DNA of 64,000 bases from the human T2T-CHM13v2.0 reference genome, Homo sapiens. The stretch lies in assembly GCF_009914755.1 (NCBI RefSeq), contig NC_060925.1; one strand, 5' to 3'. The notes under the pieces are model-generated. The model made no database searches. It was not told the origin of the DNA and saw nothing but the letters and a program-made list of their open reading frames with translations. Position numbers and translations under genes: made by a program. Positions 12,877-26,089 of the stretch are shown here, piece by piece; the stretch's first letter is position 1; each line of letters opens with the position of its first letter.

Positions 12877-14155
12877 TACTTGTGTTTTAATCTTTTACTA
12901 TGACTTTAAAATTTGTTGAGTAGGAAAAACCTCTTCCTGACTCTGAGTTTTAAAAAACCAGGGAGTGGGAGGGCTAGCGCTGTGACTTTTTTTTTTTTAT
13001 GCTTACTGTTTACTAATAGAGAACCCTTTGATTACTTTGGTTTACAGACACTACCTCAGTTCATAAATAAGTCATTGAATTCCAATATTGATTTCATGAC
13101 AAATCCCCTCATCACAATAGGCATCCTGTACGCTGGCTGCTTACATAGCTAGGGGAGTTAGTTGGCCCTTCTTTTTCTTCCCTTACTTAGCATTTCTTCT
13201 CCTGTCCCTGTTAGATAATTGCTGTTTTAACCACTCTGGGGAGAGAAGACTGTAGCAAAAGATGCCAATCCTACTTGAGCAGTGCAGTTGTCTTCTAGTC
13301 TAGGGCTCCTTGTGAGCAGATGAACAAAGATGGAGTCTCTCTTAGATTTTTTTCATATCTGAATGAGCCCTTTCTGCTGTAACTCCGGTGACATCGACAG
13401 GACTTTCCTTGAAGTGGCCTTTCTCCCGTCATTCCATGGTTCAGTAGTGATCCACTCCACATCTAGAATCCCTCTGTTGAACCCTCATTGAGTTTCCAGG
13501 TTCTCTTCTTGAGCAGAACATAAAACGTCTCCCAGGTGATGTTTTTCCACCGTGGACTACCTCTGTCCCACTAAAAACATGCATACATTACAGCCACCTG
13601 TTTTGATAGTTTGCATTTTGTTCTGGCCTATCACTTTGGCTTACTGCATCTATTGCATCTAGATTTTTTGGCAAAACGTCACTTTTAACATGGCGTGCAA
13701 TTTCAAACAACACCTTCCCTTTAATTCTTGACCACTAGCCCCAAGCAGGCTGTTCTGACTACTTGGCTCTACTTCTACATTTGTTTAGTCAGTTCACTAT
13801 TCAGCCTTCTAAATTAATATTTTATACTTCCTTCACACTTCTCAAACCATCACAATTTCTATCTCATTGTCTGATAACATTCCTTTTTATCTCACTGAGA
13901 AAATAAAAGCAGTCAAATGAGAACTTCCACACTCCTACCACCAATTGTACCAAGCAATCTGCATATGTCCCTATGCAGTATTTTACCTCCCTACTCATTA
14001 AATGCATAAACTTTCCCAACACCTATCTAAAATGAATTTCTCCGCTTATTCTCTGGGTCTCAACATGACTGCATCTAAAATAGCACTACTCTTCCATCTT
14101 TTACCTTCTCTCCTTTGCCATCAAAATTTCTCACTCTATTTAGTCACTCACATGA

Positions 14156-14586
<431 letters not shown>

Positions 14587-14824
14587 CCTCCAATTCTTTC
14601 TTGAATCGACTCCAGTTAGGCTTCTATCACCCTATGCTGATCTAAGGAATGTCACCAATGGCTATGCCTCTAATTTGCGTGAACTTGACCTAAGACACTT
14701 GACGCTAGATTTTTCTCTCCTTCACCCTCTTCCCTTGGCCCCATGATTGTAGTCTGTCTTGGCCCTCCTTCTTCACTGGATGCTCCTTCTGTCTCCTCTG
14801 TTGTTTTCCCCTATCTTGTTAATA

Positions 14825-14990
14825 GTGACTTTGTGCAAGTTACATTTTCTGAATCTCCTCATCTATAAAGTGGTGTTAATAACAGTATCTGACTCATAGG
14901 ATTGTTTCGAGGGTTAACTGAATGAAAACACTTAATTACTTAAAACAAGTCCAGCACAAGGTAAGTGCTCTGTAGGTGTTGGCTTTTATC
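14825..14990 (+). mobile_element. MIR
   Basis: Core 'gtgactttgtgcaagttac...ctcatctataaagtgg...cataggattgtt' and 3' end 'aagtgctc'. Confidence 0.75.
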
Positions 14991-17900
14991 ATCCTCCTCA
15001 CGATCATTATCATCACCATCATCATTATTATACTGACCGAAGTGCCCCCAGGGCTCATTCTACACAGCCTCTCCTTTATTCTGTTTACTTCACTCCTTCA
15101 ATGATTTCCTCAGTTTTATGACTAATTACCATAAAACACTTGATAATTCCCAAATTCCTGTGTCTAGTCCTATTTTTCTTATGAGCGCCAGACTCTAATA
15201 TTTAACATCCTTCTCAACATTTTCACTTGATATTCGTCATTTTAAACTTGAAATGCCAAAATGAGCTCCTGATTTTCTCCCTAAACCTATAGCTCCCAGG
15301 ATTTGTGCCTTTTCAGTAAATTGCAATTCTATTCCATTACTCAGGCCAAAACCTTAGTCTTCTAAGTAGCCTCTTCCTCTACCTATTTTGACATCTATAA
15401 TTTACTTTAGAATGTTAAGTATGATCAGTAAGATAGTATAAATATTCCAGTAATATTAAGCTTACTCAGCTAACATACTATGAAAAATCCGCAGTCCTGG
15501 CATAGTCAGTCAGTATTTTATTAGTCAGAATGTCACTCCAGAAGTGGCCACTGCAAGCCCTTCTGTTATCTCTGTCTCATTGGGCAAACATTTGCTGATT
15601 AGCATACTGGATGTCAAATTTGATTTTTATTGGTTAAACTAGCAACCTATTAATTAGCATGATGGATGTTAGAAGTGAGCTGGGATGTGTGTGTGTGTGT
15701 AAAATTAAAGCTTTTAGGATTCAAGGATAGGCTTGAAAAGCTTACAGATTTTCCCCACTCTGTGTGCAAATATTCCTTCAATGCCTGTATTCTGCAGTTC
15801 TTAGGGATGAGTCTCATGAGGTTGGATCCCTAATCATTTATGTCCAGCCAGTAATTTAGAATTTCTAATTGCATGATTCTGACTATAGCACATAGAATCC
15901 TGGCTCCTGCCTTGGAAAAGTTGCCTGGTCTGCCTAGAGTTCATTTTTCTTACAGCATATGAGAGCTTGACTTCATTAAGTATGTGTAGGTGAGTCTATA
16001 AAATATTTTGTGCCTGTTGCCAAAAAAATCTGTGGCCAGTAAATAACTCTGTGTGTCATGAAATTGGGTCTGAGATTTTGCTTATTATAATCAGACATTT
16101 TATTATGAAGTCGTGAGGAAATAGCTCTCCCTCACAACTTCAGACTTCTTTAGCAGTTATAATTAGCTACCGGGAATAACCTAAATATTGCACATGACCA
16201 TATTGATTTAGATTAGTTTACAACACTCTTTCTCTCACACTCCTTACTTAGTCCATCAGTAAATACCCCACTGAGCTCCACAAACAGGAACTGTTTTGTC
16301 CACAACTATATCCTGTGCACTTAGGCCTGTGCTTGGCACAGAGTAGGCTCTTAATAAATACATTTTATTGGTAAATAAATACTTCTCATGCATACAAAAT
16401 AAAATGTAATATCTATGTAACGTTTTAACTTTTAAATCATCTTGGATCAGTTTTTATATTATTATTTCTTATGTGTACCAAACCTTTATCAGACAGTTCT
16501 TAGAAATCCTTAGCTTCAGAAGCAATCACCTAATACTAAAGGTAGAAGAGAAATCTTTTCCAAAGTAACCTATGTATAAGGCTTTAGCTCTTACTGCCAT
16601 ACTTGTATTTTCCATTCCCAAGTAAAGCAACATTAATTTCATTCATTCATACCTCTCCGTGGAACACTGTGCCCCCTTGGGCCTGCCAGGGTGAGGAATA
16701 GAACTCTTTGCCGATCCATGTACCTCTTAATGGCTGTTCACCTAGCTACACAAAGAACCCACAGAAGCTTTGAAATTACTTCTTGTAAAGACCTGATTAC
16801 TTCCTTGGACGAGGACTTTGTGTAGGTTGTAGGGAGAGGGAGAAAGAATGACCCGAAACTGAGAGATTGTTTTTTTTTCCTTTCGTTGTTCTAAGAGGAG
16901 GCTGCTGAAGTCTCTCTCAGATCCCCTCTAGCTCTCTGAGCCTCTCTTATCTCAAGCAGCAAAATGGTAAGAGCACAGACGCTTTGCTTAGTCAAATCTT
17001 GTGATTTACAAATTAGGTATTAGTGTGAAGTCAATGAAAGTGTAGTCCTGATTTCTTCCCATCCCCTACCCCAGTCAGGTGTGGGGTGCCAGGTAGGGTG
17101 GGGAGAACAGCTTGTGAAGGGAGTTAAAGGCATCTGTGCAGTCCTTGGCAGGTAGAAGACACAAGCCAAAGGTGTAAAAGAAGGAAAACAAGCAATAGAT
17201 AAAAAGAGTGGGAGAAAAGAAAATTTTAAAAGTAGATTTCAGATAGAAGAGGAACCTGGTCAGGAATCTGGTCTATCTTTTGAACTATAACTAAACTGAG
17301 CAGGTTTTAACAACCAGGAAGTCTCCACTCTCATTCTCCTCTTCTTCTTACTTCCTTCTTTTTCAAATTTTTCTACTTTTCTTTCTTTCCTTCTGCCAAA
17401 ATCTAAAATGGTGATTCCATGTCAGTGAGAAAGACAGGACTTTCATAAATCCTTGTGGTTTTTCACTTCAAGCTTTTCTTTTTTTTAAGAAACAATATAT
17501 GATCAGGAATAATGCCATGTGGAGAATTGGGTCCTGTTACACAAGCAGGATAATTGAATAAGGGATGCATTCTTAGTGCTGATAGTTACCTTTCCCCTCC
17601 TTATATATTCAACTCTACCTAGTTTTTCTCTACTCCAAGAATTTAGTCCTAAATTCTAGAAAGAAAAGTTTACAGGACAAACTCTCAGAAGTATAATTTT
17701 TGGTTCTGGTCCCAGCTCCCCCTCCAGCTAGTTATGTGGCTTTGGTGTATGTCTCTTGCCTTAAGTCATAATTACTATTCTGTATTTTGTCCATTGATTT
17801 TTCTGCCTTCATCTTCCATTCTGGTTATTCTAACAGAATATTCAGTGTAAATGGATGATTATATGTGGCAGTTCACTTAAACGTGAATGCAGTTACCTCC

Positions 17901-18119
17901 TCACGATATTTTATGCAAATCATATATGATGATGTATATTGAGTACTTTGAAAACTGTAAAGCACTATACAAATATTATTCATTTATATCACTCCCTCCC
18001 TGCTTTTTGTACCCTTGTCCTTCTTGCATGGAAATGTACCAAAGGATATGAGTTCAATGATTACATGTAAGTTCCCCTCCAGAAATGCCATTGTAAGTGG
18101 TAGTTATAATGTCAAATTA

Positions 18120-18205
18120 CAGCAGCTGGCTCTCCAACGCAGACTTGTTTAACTCAATTGTCATTCAGCTGGTAATCACCTTTCTTTCCTGGAAAAACCA
18201 CAGGA
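18120..18205. promoter_or_regulatory. Candidate enhancer motif cluster
   Basis: Two CAGCTG E-boxes (18123, 18166), STAT site TTCCTGGAA 18186-18194 and RUNX site AACCACA 18196-18202 in unique sequence. Confidence 0.25.
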
Positions 18206-19289
18206 GTGATGTTTCATCAGCAGCAAGATGGATAATAAAAGGGAACAACTCAGAGATGAAAGAGAGAGAGACAGACCTTGCACATTCATAGACAATGAAA
18301 GCAAATTTGGATAACCATAAAGTTGACTTTAGATAGTATTTTTCTTTCTCTTCCCTTTACTGAAGGAAGGGGTGTGTCCTAGAAACTCTAACCACCAGGT
18401 CAAGCAATATTTTACCTGGAGGATAGGTGACTTTTTAAAATAATTAGGTGACTAATTCAATCAGATTATGAAAGGAACTATTGGTTCTAAAATAATGGTA
18501 TCTTCCCTGGTATTTAGAGAATCTATAGTTTCATTTGAAATGCACTCATATTCATTTTGATATACTAGAAAATCTGGGATAATGTTACATGTTAGAGAAC
18601 CTGGAGGGACATCATAATTCCCTAATATCTAAGTGTAAATTATTCAAATCATAATCTTACAACAGTTTTGCCCAGCTCATTAAGTGAGTCAAATTCAAAT
18701 GGCATTAGTTTTGCCTTTCCTACTCCACGTTTTGTAAGGAAATGTTAAATTGGCCCTATGGAAAGCATACATGGCCAGACATAGGTTTTTGGGGAAGACA
18801 TTTTTCCTCAAAGCTTGAAATTTTATACTAAACACCTTAAAGAATTTCTGATTGTGTTGTATGCACAAAGATTCAGTCTGTTCAAAATATATCAGTAGAA
18901 CTCAAAGCTTCTTCAACTGCTGCCCTGGAGAATAAAATGTCATATTTTCCTAGTACTTAATTTTAAAGAATATCTTTTGCTATTTGAATGTTCAAGTTCT
19001 ATAACTTTTCCACATCTGACTCAATATTTCCAGTAGATCAGGTTAGGAAAGGAGTCATAACCCTTACTAGAAGGTTTTCTAATATGGCCTTAATATTTAC
19101 ATATTTATTAAGAATTCTATGTATATATTTGCATGTCTAGTTTCTGCAGCTAATATATCATCACTTGAGAACTGAGGGCATATTTTATTCATGTCTGTTC
19201 TTACCATGACACTTTACATTACAAAATTTGTGTGTGTATATTAATTCAACAGTCCTACGGTTACAATGTTTTCTTTAGATTGTATATAT

Positions 19290-19500
19290 CAAGAGCCAGC
19301 ACACTATTGCCCATGGCCAAATCTAGCCTACCACCTGTTTTTGCAAACTTTTATTGGATAACATCCAGACTCATTTGTTTACATATTGTCTATGGCTGCT
19401 TTCACTCTACAGCTGCAGATTTGAGTAGGTGCCACAGAGACTGCCCATCAAGCCTAAAATAATTAACTGACCCTTTACACAAAAAGTCTGCTGATCCTTG
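19290..19500. mobile_element. MER58A (hAT-Charlie MITE)
   Basis: 'ggccaaatctagcctaccacctgtttttg...tttacatattgtctatggctgctttc'; CA...TG ends; 8-bp TSD gtatatat/gtctatat. Confidence 0.9.
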
Positions 19501-19831
19501 GTCTATATAAATAGTGACATCATCATACAAAAGAATTATTTTTGGTCTGAAGGCACGAGAGCTCAGTTGAACAGAATCCACTGAAAGGAGAATAGAGTCA
19601 ATAACAAAAAAGTCCCCATTGCTTTATTCCTTAATCATCCATGAATCTTATTTGACATGCAATATCTGCCAGTCATTATTCTAGTGCTTGATGTATAGTA
19701 GGGAACACAGCAAAGTCTCAGTCCTCCTGGAGCTTTAATTTTTGTGGTGGCATCAGGAAATAAGCACATAGGCAAAGTAAGTTCAGAGTCATAAAAGCTA
19801 AGAAGAAAATAAACAGAATAATGGTGTAGAC

Positions 19832-20436
19832 CAGTAATGTCCAATAGAAATATAGTACAAGCCACATATGTAATTTTGAATGTTCTAGTAACCCAATAAA
19901 AATTTTACGCTGGGCACAATGGTTCACACCTGTAAGCCTAGCACTTTCAGAGGCCAAGGCAGGACAATCACTTGAGTCCAGGAGTTTGAGGCCAGGCTGG
20001 GAAACAAATAACGTTTGCCATCTCTACAAAATACAGAAAAATTACCCAGGCATGATAGTGCGTGCCTGTAGTCCCAGCTACCTGGAGGCTGAGGTGGGAG
20101 GATGGCTTGACCCTAGGAAGTGGAGGCTACAGTGAACCATGATCATACCCCTGTACTCCAGCCTGGGCAACAGAGGGCAGACTTTATCTCTTAAAACAAA
20201 AGTTTAAAAAGTAAATTCAATTTTAAATTTTAAGATTATATTTTATTTAAATATCCCAATATCATAATTTCCACATTTAATATTGATGATATATTTTGTA
20301 TTTATTTTTGTACTAGGTCTTTAAAATTCAGTCCATATTTTATGCTTACACTTGCAGCCCCTTTCAACTTAGACTAGTCACCTTTCACGTCCTTATAGCC
20401 ACATGTGGCTGGTGACCACTGTATTGGGCAGTGCAG
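19832..20436. mobile_element. MER33 (hAT-Charlie) split by AluJ
   Basis: 'cagtaatgtccaatagaaatata...gccacatatgtaatttt' and 'tagccacatgtggctggtgaccactgtattgggcagtgcag'; 8-bp TSD gtgtagac/gtgtagag. Confidence 0.9.
19908..20200 (+). mobile_element. AluJ (Jo-like)
   Basis: Dimeric Alu with J diagnostics (cacttgagtccaggagtttgag, gaggtgggaggatggcttga); eroded tail. Confidence 0.92.
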
Positions 20437-20914
20437 GTGTAGAGAATAAGCTTCTCTAAGAAGGTAGCATTTGCCTTACCACCTGAATCCTGAGAAGAAG
20501 GCAGCTAGACAGAGGAATCAGCTGATGTATGAGGACTGAGGAAGACTCAAGAAGCTCCAGGAGGTAGGATGGCTGAAGTTTGGGAATAAGAAGAGATTGA
20601 GAAGAGACGAGGAGGAAATGTGGGCAGGGACTAGAAGACTAAAAGCCTTGTGGCAAATGAAGAAGCCTGAATTTAATTCTACATGGGATGAAAATCCCCT
20701 GGGTGGTTTTGAGCAAAAGATTGGCGTAATTTGATTATTCTCTTTAAAAATTACTCTTCTTGATATGTCTTCTATACAGAGTATACTGGGACAAGAATGG
20801 AAATGGGGAGCTCAATTTGAAGGCCATTTTAGTGGTCCAATTGTAGGAAAACAGTGACTTGCATATTTATGCAACATTCTGTGGATTTCAGAATGCTTTT
20901 GTGTGTATATCTCC

Positions 20915-21005
20915 CAGTGTTGTTATGAAAGCAATTGTGTAAAATCACGTGGGAAGAGATCAGCACAGTGCCTGACATATAATCAGTGTTCAATAATGTT
21001 TGCAT
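20915..21005 (+). mobile_element. MIR 3' fragment
   Basis: 'agcacagtgcctgacatataatcagtgttcaataatgtt'. Confidence 0.6.
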
Positions 21006-21089
21006 GATATTATTAAGAAATTTAAATCTGGAAGATCCTTCTGCCTAAACTAGAGCAGTATTTTGACAATAAGGCAAATGTGCAGCCAG

Positions 21090-21570
21090 GTAATTTTAGG
21101 TTGCTTTATTTAAGCAAGGAATACAGAGTTTTCAAATTCTTCTATTTATAAGGACTTATTATGAGGTAAACATACTATTGTAGGAAAGGTAGGAACCTCA
21201 GGGATCCTCAGAAACTCCTTACAGCTGTATTATTCCTTCAGTAGCAAGTGTTCCTTGTCCTTAACCCTTGGGCATTGACATTCTTGGGAGCTAGCTAATT
21301 TTTCTCTCTCTCTCTCTCTTTTCATTCCTTCTCACCTCCATCTGAGTAATTCTTCTCTTATTTTCTGGCCCAGATTCCTAGGAGAGAGACTCTAATCAAT
21401 GTAGCTAATCACTTCCCCCTTGTTAGGTTACAGTTTTTTCATCCAGATCACTGAGCAGTCTATGGGCTGATTGCCCTTTTGTCATGTATCTGCTCTTGGT
21501 TCAATCATCTATGGTAAAGTCATACAAGGGTGAAACCACAGAGTTCTGTAGTACAGAACATGCAACTGCT
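21090..21570 (-). mobile_element. Old MaLR LTR (MLT1K/L/N-like)
   Basis: 'agattcctaggagagagactctaatc...gtcatgtatctgctcttggttcaatcatctatgg' resembles recalled antisense MLT1 consensus; heavily diverged. Confidence 0.4.
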
Positions 21571-21677
21571 GAAGGAAAAAAAAAGGTTTATCTTAGGAAT
21601 GACTATGAATGATGCTTTGTCCATTGAAAGAGGATTGTGTGTATAGTAGGCACTGTGATTAATCTCTTCAACACCTT

Positions 21678-22400
21678 GTATTCATTCAAAAGGTATTGCT
21701 TACTATGTGCAGTCTGGTACTAGAGATAGGATATGACAATGAACAAAACATACAAATAATTCTGCCCTTCTGGATCATGCATTCTATAGGGAAGCCACAG
21801 ACATTAAAAGGATAAACCCACAAAATATGTACATCGGATAGTAATAAGTATTCCAGGCAAAAACAAGGCAGGAAGAGTGATGAACAGCATTGTGGGGAAG
21901 AGTGCTTTGATTTTATAAATGGCAGTCAGGAAAGGCTTGAAGTAGGTGAGGTATTAGTGGTGTAGTTATCTAAGGAAGGGCTGAGGAAAAAACAATTCAA
22001 GCAAAAGTGAACAGCCAGTACAAAGGCCCTGAGGCAGGAGACTGGCTGGAATGTTTGAGGAGAACAGGGAGATCAGCATGGCAGGAGCAGAGAGAAGGAG
22101 GAAGAGAATAACAGAAAACGAAGTCAGAGCGGTAGTAGGGACTAAGCTACGTGAAGCCGTGCAGGTCATTATAAGGACTTTGGCATCTACTCAGAAGTAA
22201 ATAGGAAGCCATTGGAGGATTCTGTGCAGTGAGTGACCTGAGCTGACTTCTAGTAACAACAACAAAAACAACAAAATCACTTTGTCATGAGGGACATACA
22301 AAGACATACGAAGGCAGAAGCTGTAAACCAAGTAAGAGGCTTCTGCAATATCCAGAGAGAAATGCTGGCAGCTTGAAAATGGTAAAAAGGGTCAGATACA
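21678..22400 (-). mobile_element. L2a 3' fragment
   Basis: 'cattcaaaaggtattgcttactatgtgc...caaaggccctgaggcaggagactggctggaatgtttgaggagaac...aggaagccattggaggatt'. Confidence 0.82.
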
Positions 22401-23072
22401 TCAGGGAAAGCTCTAGCTTGGAAAAAGCTTGGTCAGCCCCTCTAGGAGCACTCCTGAGTTAGAGGAAGTTGGCCTATCCACCTCCTTTGTTTACCTGTAA
22501 TTCCCTGTGGCATTAGAAAACTCTACCACCTAAGGGGAATTTGGTAGCCCTCCAGATAACCTACTGGACAAGACATTGTAGTTCTTGATGGCTTATTTCT
22601 CAAGCTGGATATGGAATTGAGGAGAATTGTGTCTGAGGAAGAGGCCAAGCCCTTATGCAATGATAAGGGAAATGACCTGCATAGGAAGGGGCCAGTTATT
22701 TCAAGGTCAATGCCATAATATCATCTAAGTTTAGGGTCAATGTTGGAATTGGAACCACAGCAATTTTTGTTGGCTGCCTTTACCTCAGTGAGCCACCCAT
22801 TTGGCTTCTGGTTACAGCCATCCTGACAGAGGGCACCTGTCCACCCATGGTGAGTGCAATCGGATGGAAGGTACGTTCCCCACCCAGCTGCCCAAGGCTC
22901 CTTCCAACCATCTGGAGTCACTAGAGCATGACTGCTCCAGCTGGGTTAGGTGAGGAAGTGCTCTGAAAAAGAGCTGGAAAGTTGAGGGATCCATGCAGTT
23001 TAATCGAGAGAACCAGGCTCCACTTTCAATCTGGTCCCTACTCTCTTACAGGGAATACAATAATATATGTAA

Positions 23073-23510
23073 ACTCATTTCAATAAACATGTACTACCCA
23101 TGTGTCAGGCACATACTACAGCCACAAATATAGATAACATACATCCATAACTTGAAGGAACTCATTCTATCAAAGGAAATAAACACATCAATGAATAACT
23201 TTAAAAAAGATGGCAAATATTATAAAATGTATGGACAAAATGTTGTGGGAACATAGATTAAGGTGGGACTAATTCTGGCCAGAGAAAGTGAATAATCTAT
23301 GGTTTGAAGAAAAAACTGTTTGTAGACAAGAGAAACACATTGCAGGTTGAATATGCAGTTGCAAGAATACGCAGAAAGATATAAAAATGAATGGCATATT
23401 TGGCAAACGACGAATAAAAGATTTTAACCAGAACACAGTATGCAGGCAGAGTGACTGGAAATTTGGAAAAGTAGGTTGTTAACAGATTGTAAATACTACT
23501 TTATTGGATA
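23073..23510 (-). mobile_element. L2 (L2c-like) fragment
   Basis: 'cattt caataaacatgtactacccatgtgtcaggcac...gaaggaactcattcta'. Confidence 0.6.
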
Positions 23511-23715
23511 GGAAATACAAGCTTATAAAACATTTCTTGTTTCTTCTTTTTATTAGGACTGTCACATGATGATTTTATAAAGCAGGACATAAATGTCTTC
23601 AAAAACTGAACTTGAATCTTACTCTTCTCTTGCCCACATCTTTTCACTTTGTTTTTTTCTTATTTCATTTCCAATTCTCCACACTGCCCCTGATTTTCCC
23701 TTTTATATCTCTCCA

Positions 23716-23802
23716 CCATCTTCTTCCACCAAGATAGAAATAATGATATAATGTAGTTTCCTCCATCTTCTTCCACCAAGATAGAAATAATGATATAATG
23801 TA
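23716..23802. repeat. Perfect 40-bp direct repeat with a 7-bp spacer
   Basis: ccatcttcttccaccaagatagaaataatgatataatgta at 23716-23755 and 23763-23802. Confidence 0.97.
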
Positions 23803-24264
23803 CACCAATAAAACTGTTGCAATATCAAAAAGGAAAAACTAGAAAATATCTCTTCTGTATGTTTGATAAATATGCAGGAGTTAGGTCCTCACAAACATAC
23901 AGAGTGACACTAAAATTCTTTTCTGACTTTAGATGCAATCCATAAGTCATGATTTGTTTTCATTTTAACCCAGTCACATGAAAATATCAGTTAATTTGCT
24001 TGAAAATTAAAGCCTTTGGAACTGTGCTTCTCCCTTCATAGACACAGAATCTATATACACCTATTGTTTTCCTTTTTTTTAATATCAAGATAATTCTGTG
24101 GGGTTTTTTTTGTTTTCTTTCAATTTCTACTATCAAAGGACTATGTACATCTAAATAATCAGTAATTTCTTAATTATCATAAAATGTCAGAGAAAAGTTT
24201 ATTCAGATTCATTTGAATCCATTAAACAAGAAGACTTCTTCTATAGGTTTGACACCATGACATT

Positions 24265-24420
24265 CTGGGAGGAGCACTAGACCAGACATCAGGAGACCTG
24301 GCATGGCATCAGCTAGCTTTGTGACATTTGACAAAGTCCTTCAGTCTTCTGGACACTTCATTTTCACTGAAAATGAGGAATCTGGAGTTAGTCTGCCTAA
24401 CCATTCTTGTAAGTTCAAAT
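24265..24420 (+). mobile_element. MIR/MIR3 fragment
   Basis: 'agcactagaccagacatcaggagacctgg...ctagctttgtgacatttgacaaagtcc...aaaatgagg'. Confidence 0.6.
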
Positions 24421-25802
24421 TTTAATGTCAATAAGCTTCAGTGGTGTTACTCTATTTGTAGAATTACTAGCCACAGAACTTTATGGAAACTGCCAGTTGG
24501 TTAAGCCAATTCCAAAAGCATGCCTGCCTATCTGACTTTCCAAGACATCTCGCTATTCACAAGTCTGCCCATGATAAGAGACTTAATTTTTGGATCATTT
24601 ATCAAATTACATAAATCACCAAGCAAGAATTTCTATTCATCCAGTAATGGCTTTGAAAAGCTAATAAAGAGTAAAAAGGGACAGGGTGAGGAATGGAAAA
24701 ATAGGTGATAGAGAATTTGAGATCCAAAAAAGGATAATTCTTGCTTTAGTACTGATGTTCACTTTTTCATAATTTTCCTTAATGGTTTATCCAAGCATTG
24801 TAGGGTCAGAGATTTTTATCTCTCAGTGAAGTGACACAGCCATCTATCACTCAGGCTAATGTAAATGCTTTGGACAACTCTAAAAGGGTTGGGGGGGATA
24901 TTCTTTATCCTGGCCTTTTTTCTTCTTCTTCTTCTTTTCTGGTTAATAAGTTTTTGTGGAACAGAGAAATATATGTTAATGTTCATCTTGAATTCTAAGT
25001 AGTTCAAAAGGATTTCTAATGATCACTTTCATATTGAAATATTAGACGGCCAATTAACAGACACAGAGCCAATCTCCACCATCTCTTACTAGAGGGAAAT
25101 GAACCATAACTGCTGTTCTGCAGGTAGATGAGATTCACTGAGTTAGAGCACTGAGTTAGAGTAGTGTGGTCTCTCACAATATTAGACTGAAAATTGTGTA
25201 TTTTCATCCAATAATAGTTTCTATATGTTCCCAGGTAATTTCTTTAGCAGGACTTTCTCTTCCCCTTTCAAATAGTGTCCCTGTATGATCAAATCATCAT
25301 GACTCCCAGATTAAAAGGGTTGTTGAACACTAGGTTCTCAATAATTTTTTACAAATCAGCCAGCCTTTTTCTTAAGAGAGTTTTCAAAGACATATGACCA
25401 TCTTCAAACTACTTAAGTCAAACCCTCCTCATCGACTACATATCCTTTATCTTTTTCCTTTTCTATAACTCTTTTTAAAAAATAATACAGTTATACTAGG
25501 TTGTCCACATTGTCTTAAACCAACAGAAAAAAGAAAAGAGGGATGGAATATTTCTGTAGATGTGAGATGCCTGATCCTTTACATTTCTTCCCTTGGAAGG
25601 ATCAGTGCTTTTTTTCACAACCGATTTTCTCTGTCCTCTGTCTAAGTAGCATAGACCTAACATTTAAGAATCATCACCTATACACCAGACTACCACTATG
25701 TGTTTTCTGAGCATCTAATTTTGGATTACATCACAACTAAGGAAATTACATACCTCACCTGCATGCCATAATAATGCCTAAATAATAACAGCACTAATCA
25801 TA

Positions 25803-26046
25803 ATAATAATAGCTGCTGTTTAGCAAATGTTTTCTATGATGTACCAGGACTGTGCTAAGAATTTCAAAGATACTATGTTAGTTAATCCTTAGAACTACCC
25901 TTTGAAATAAGTGCTATCATATCAATTTTATAGATAAGGAGACTGAGACTCAGAAAGTGTAAATAACCTGCCAGGAAAAATTAGAAGACTTGGTAAATTA
26001 ACTCAGGTCTTTTTGACTTCAATTCATCTATTATTTTTACTACACA
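25803..26046 (-). mobile_element. MIR (MIRb-like)
   Basis: 'taatccttagaactaccctttgaaataag...ttttatagataaggagactgagactcaga'. Confidence 0.8.
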
Positions 26047-26089
26047 AGAGCTTTTCAACACTGGGTTTGTGACTTACATGTTTTTGCTA

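Larger units (their letters stand above)
19622..20860 (-). mobile_element. L2 fragment hosting MER33 and AluJ
   Basis: Antisense L2 3' terminus at ~19625-19800, resuming at ~20445 ('ggttttgagcaaaagattggcgtaatttgatt'). Confidence 0.65.

Noticed and set aside
23716-23802. Direct repeats as a CRISPR-like array (also 57725-57798)
   Set aside because: Only 2-3 units, no unique spacers of regular length, no cas genes, and the DNA is primate.
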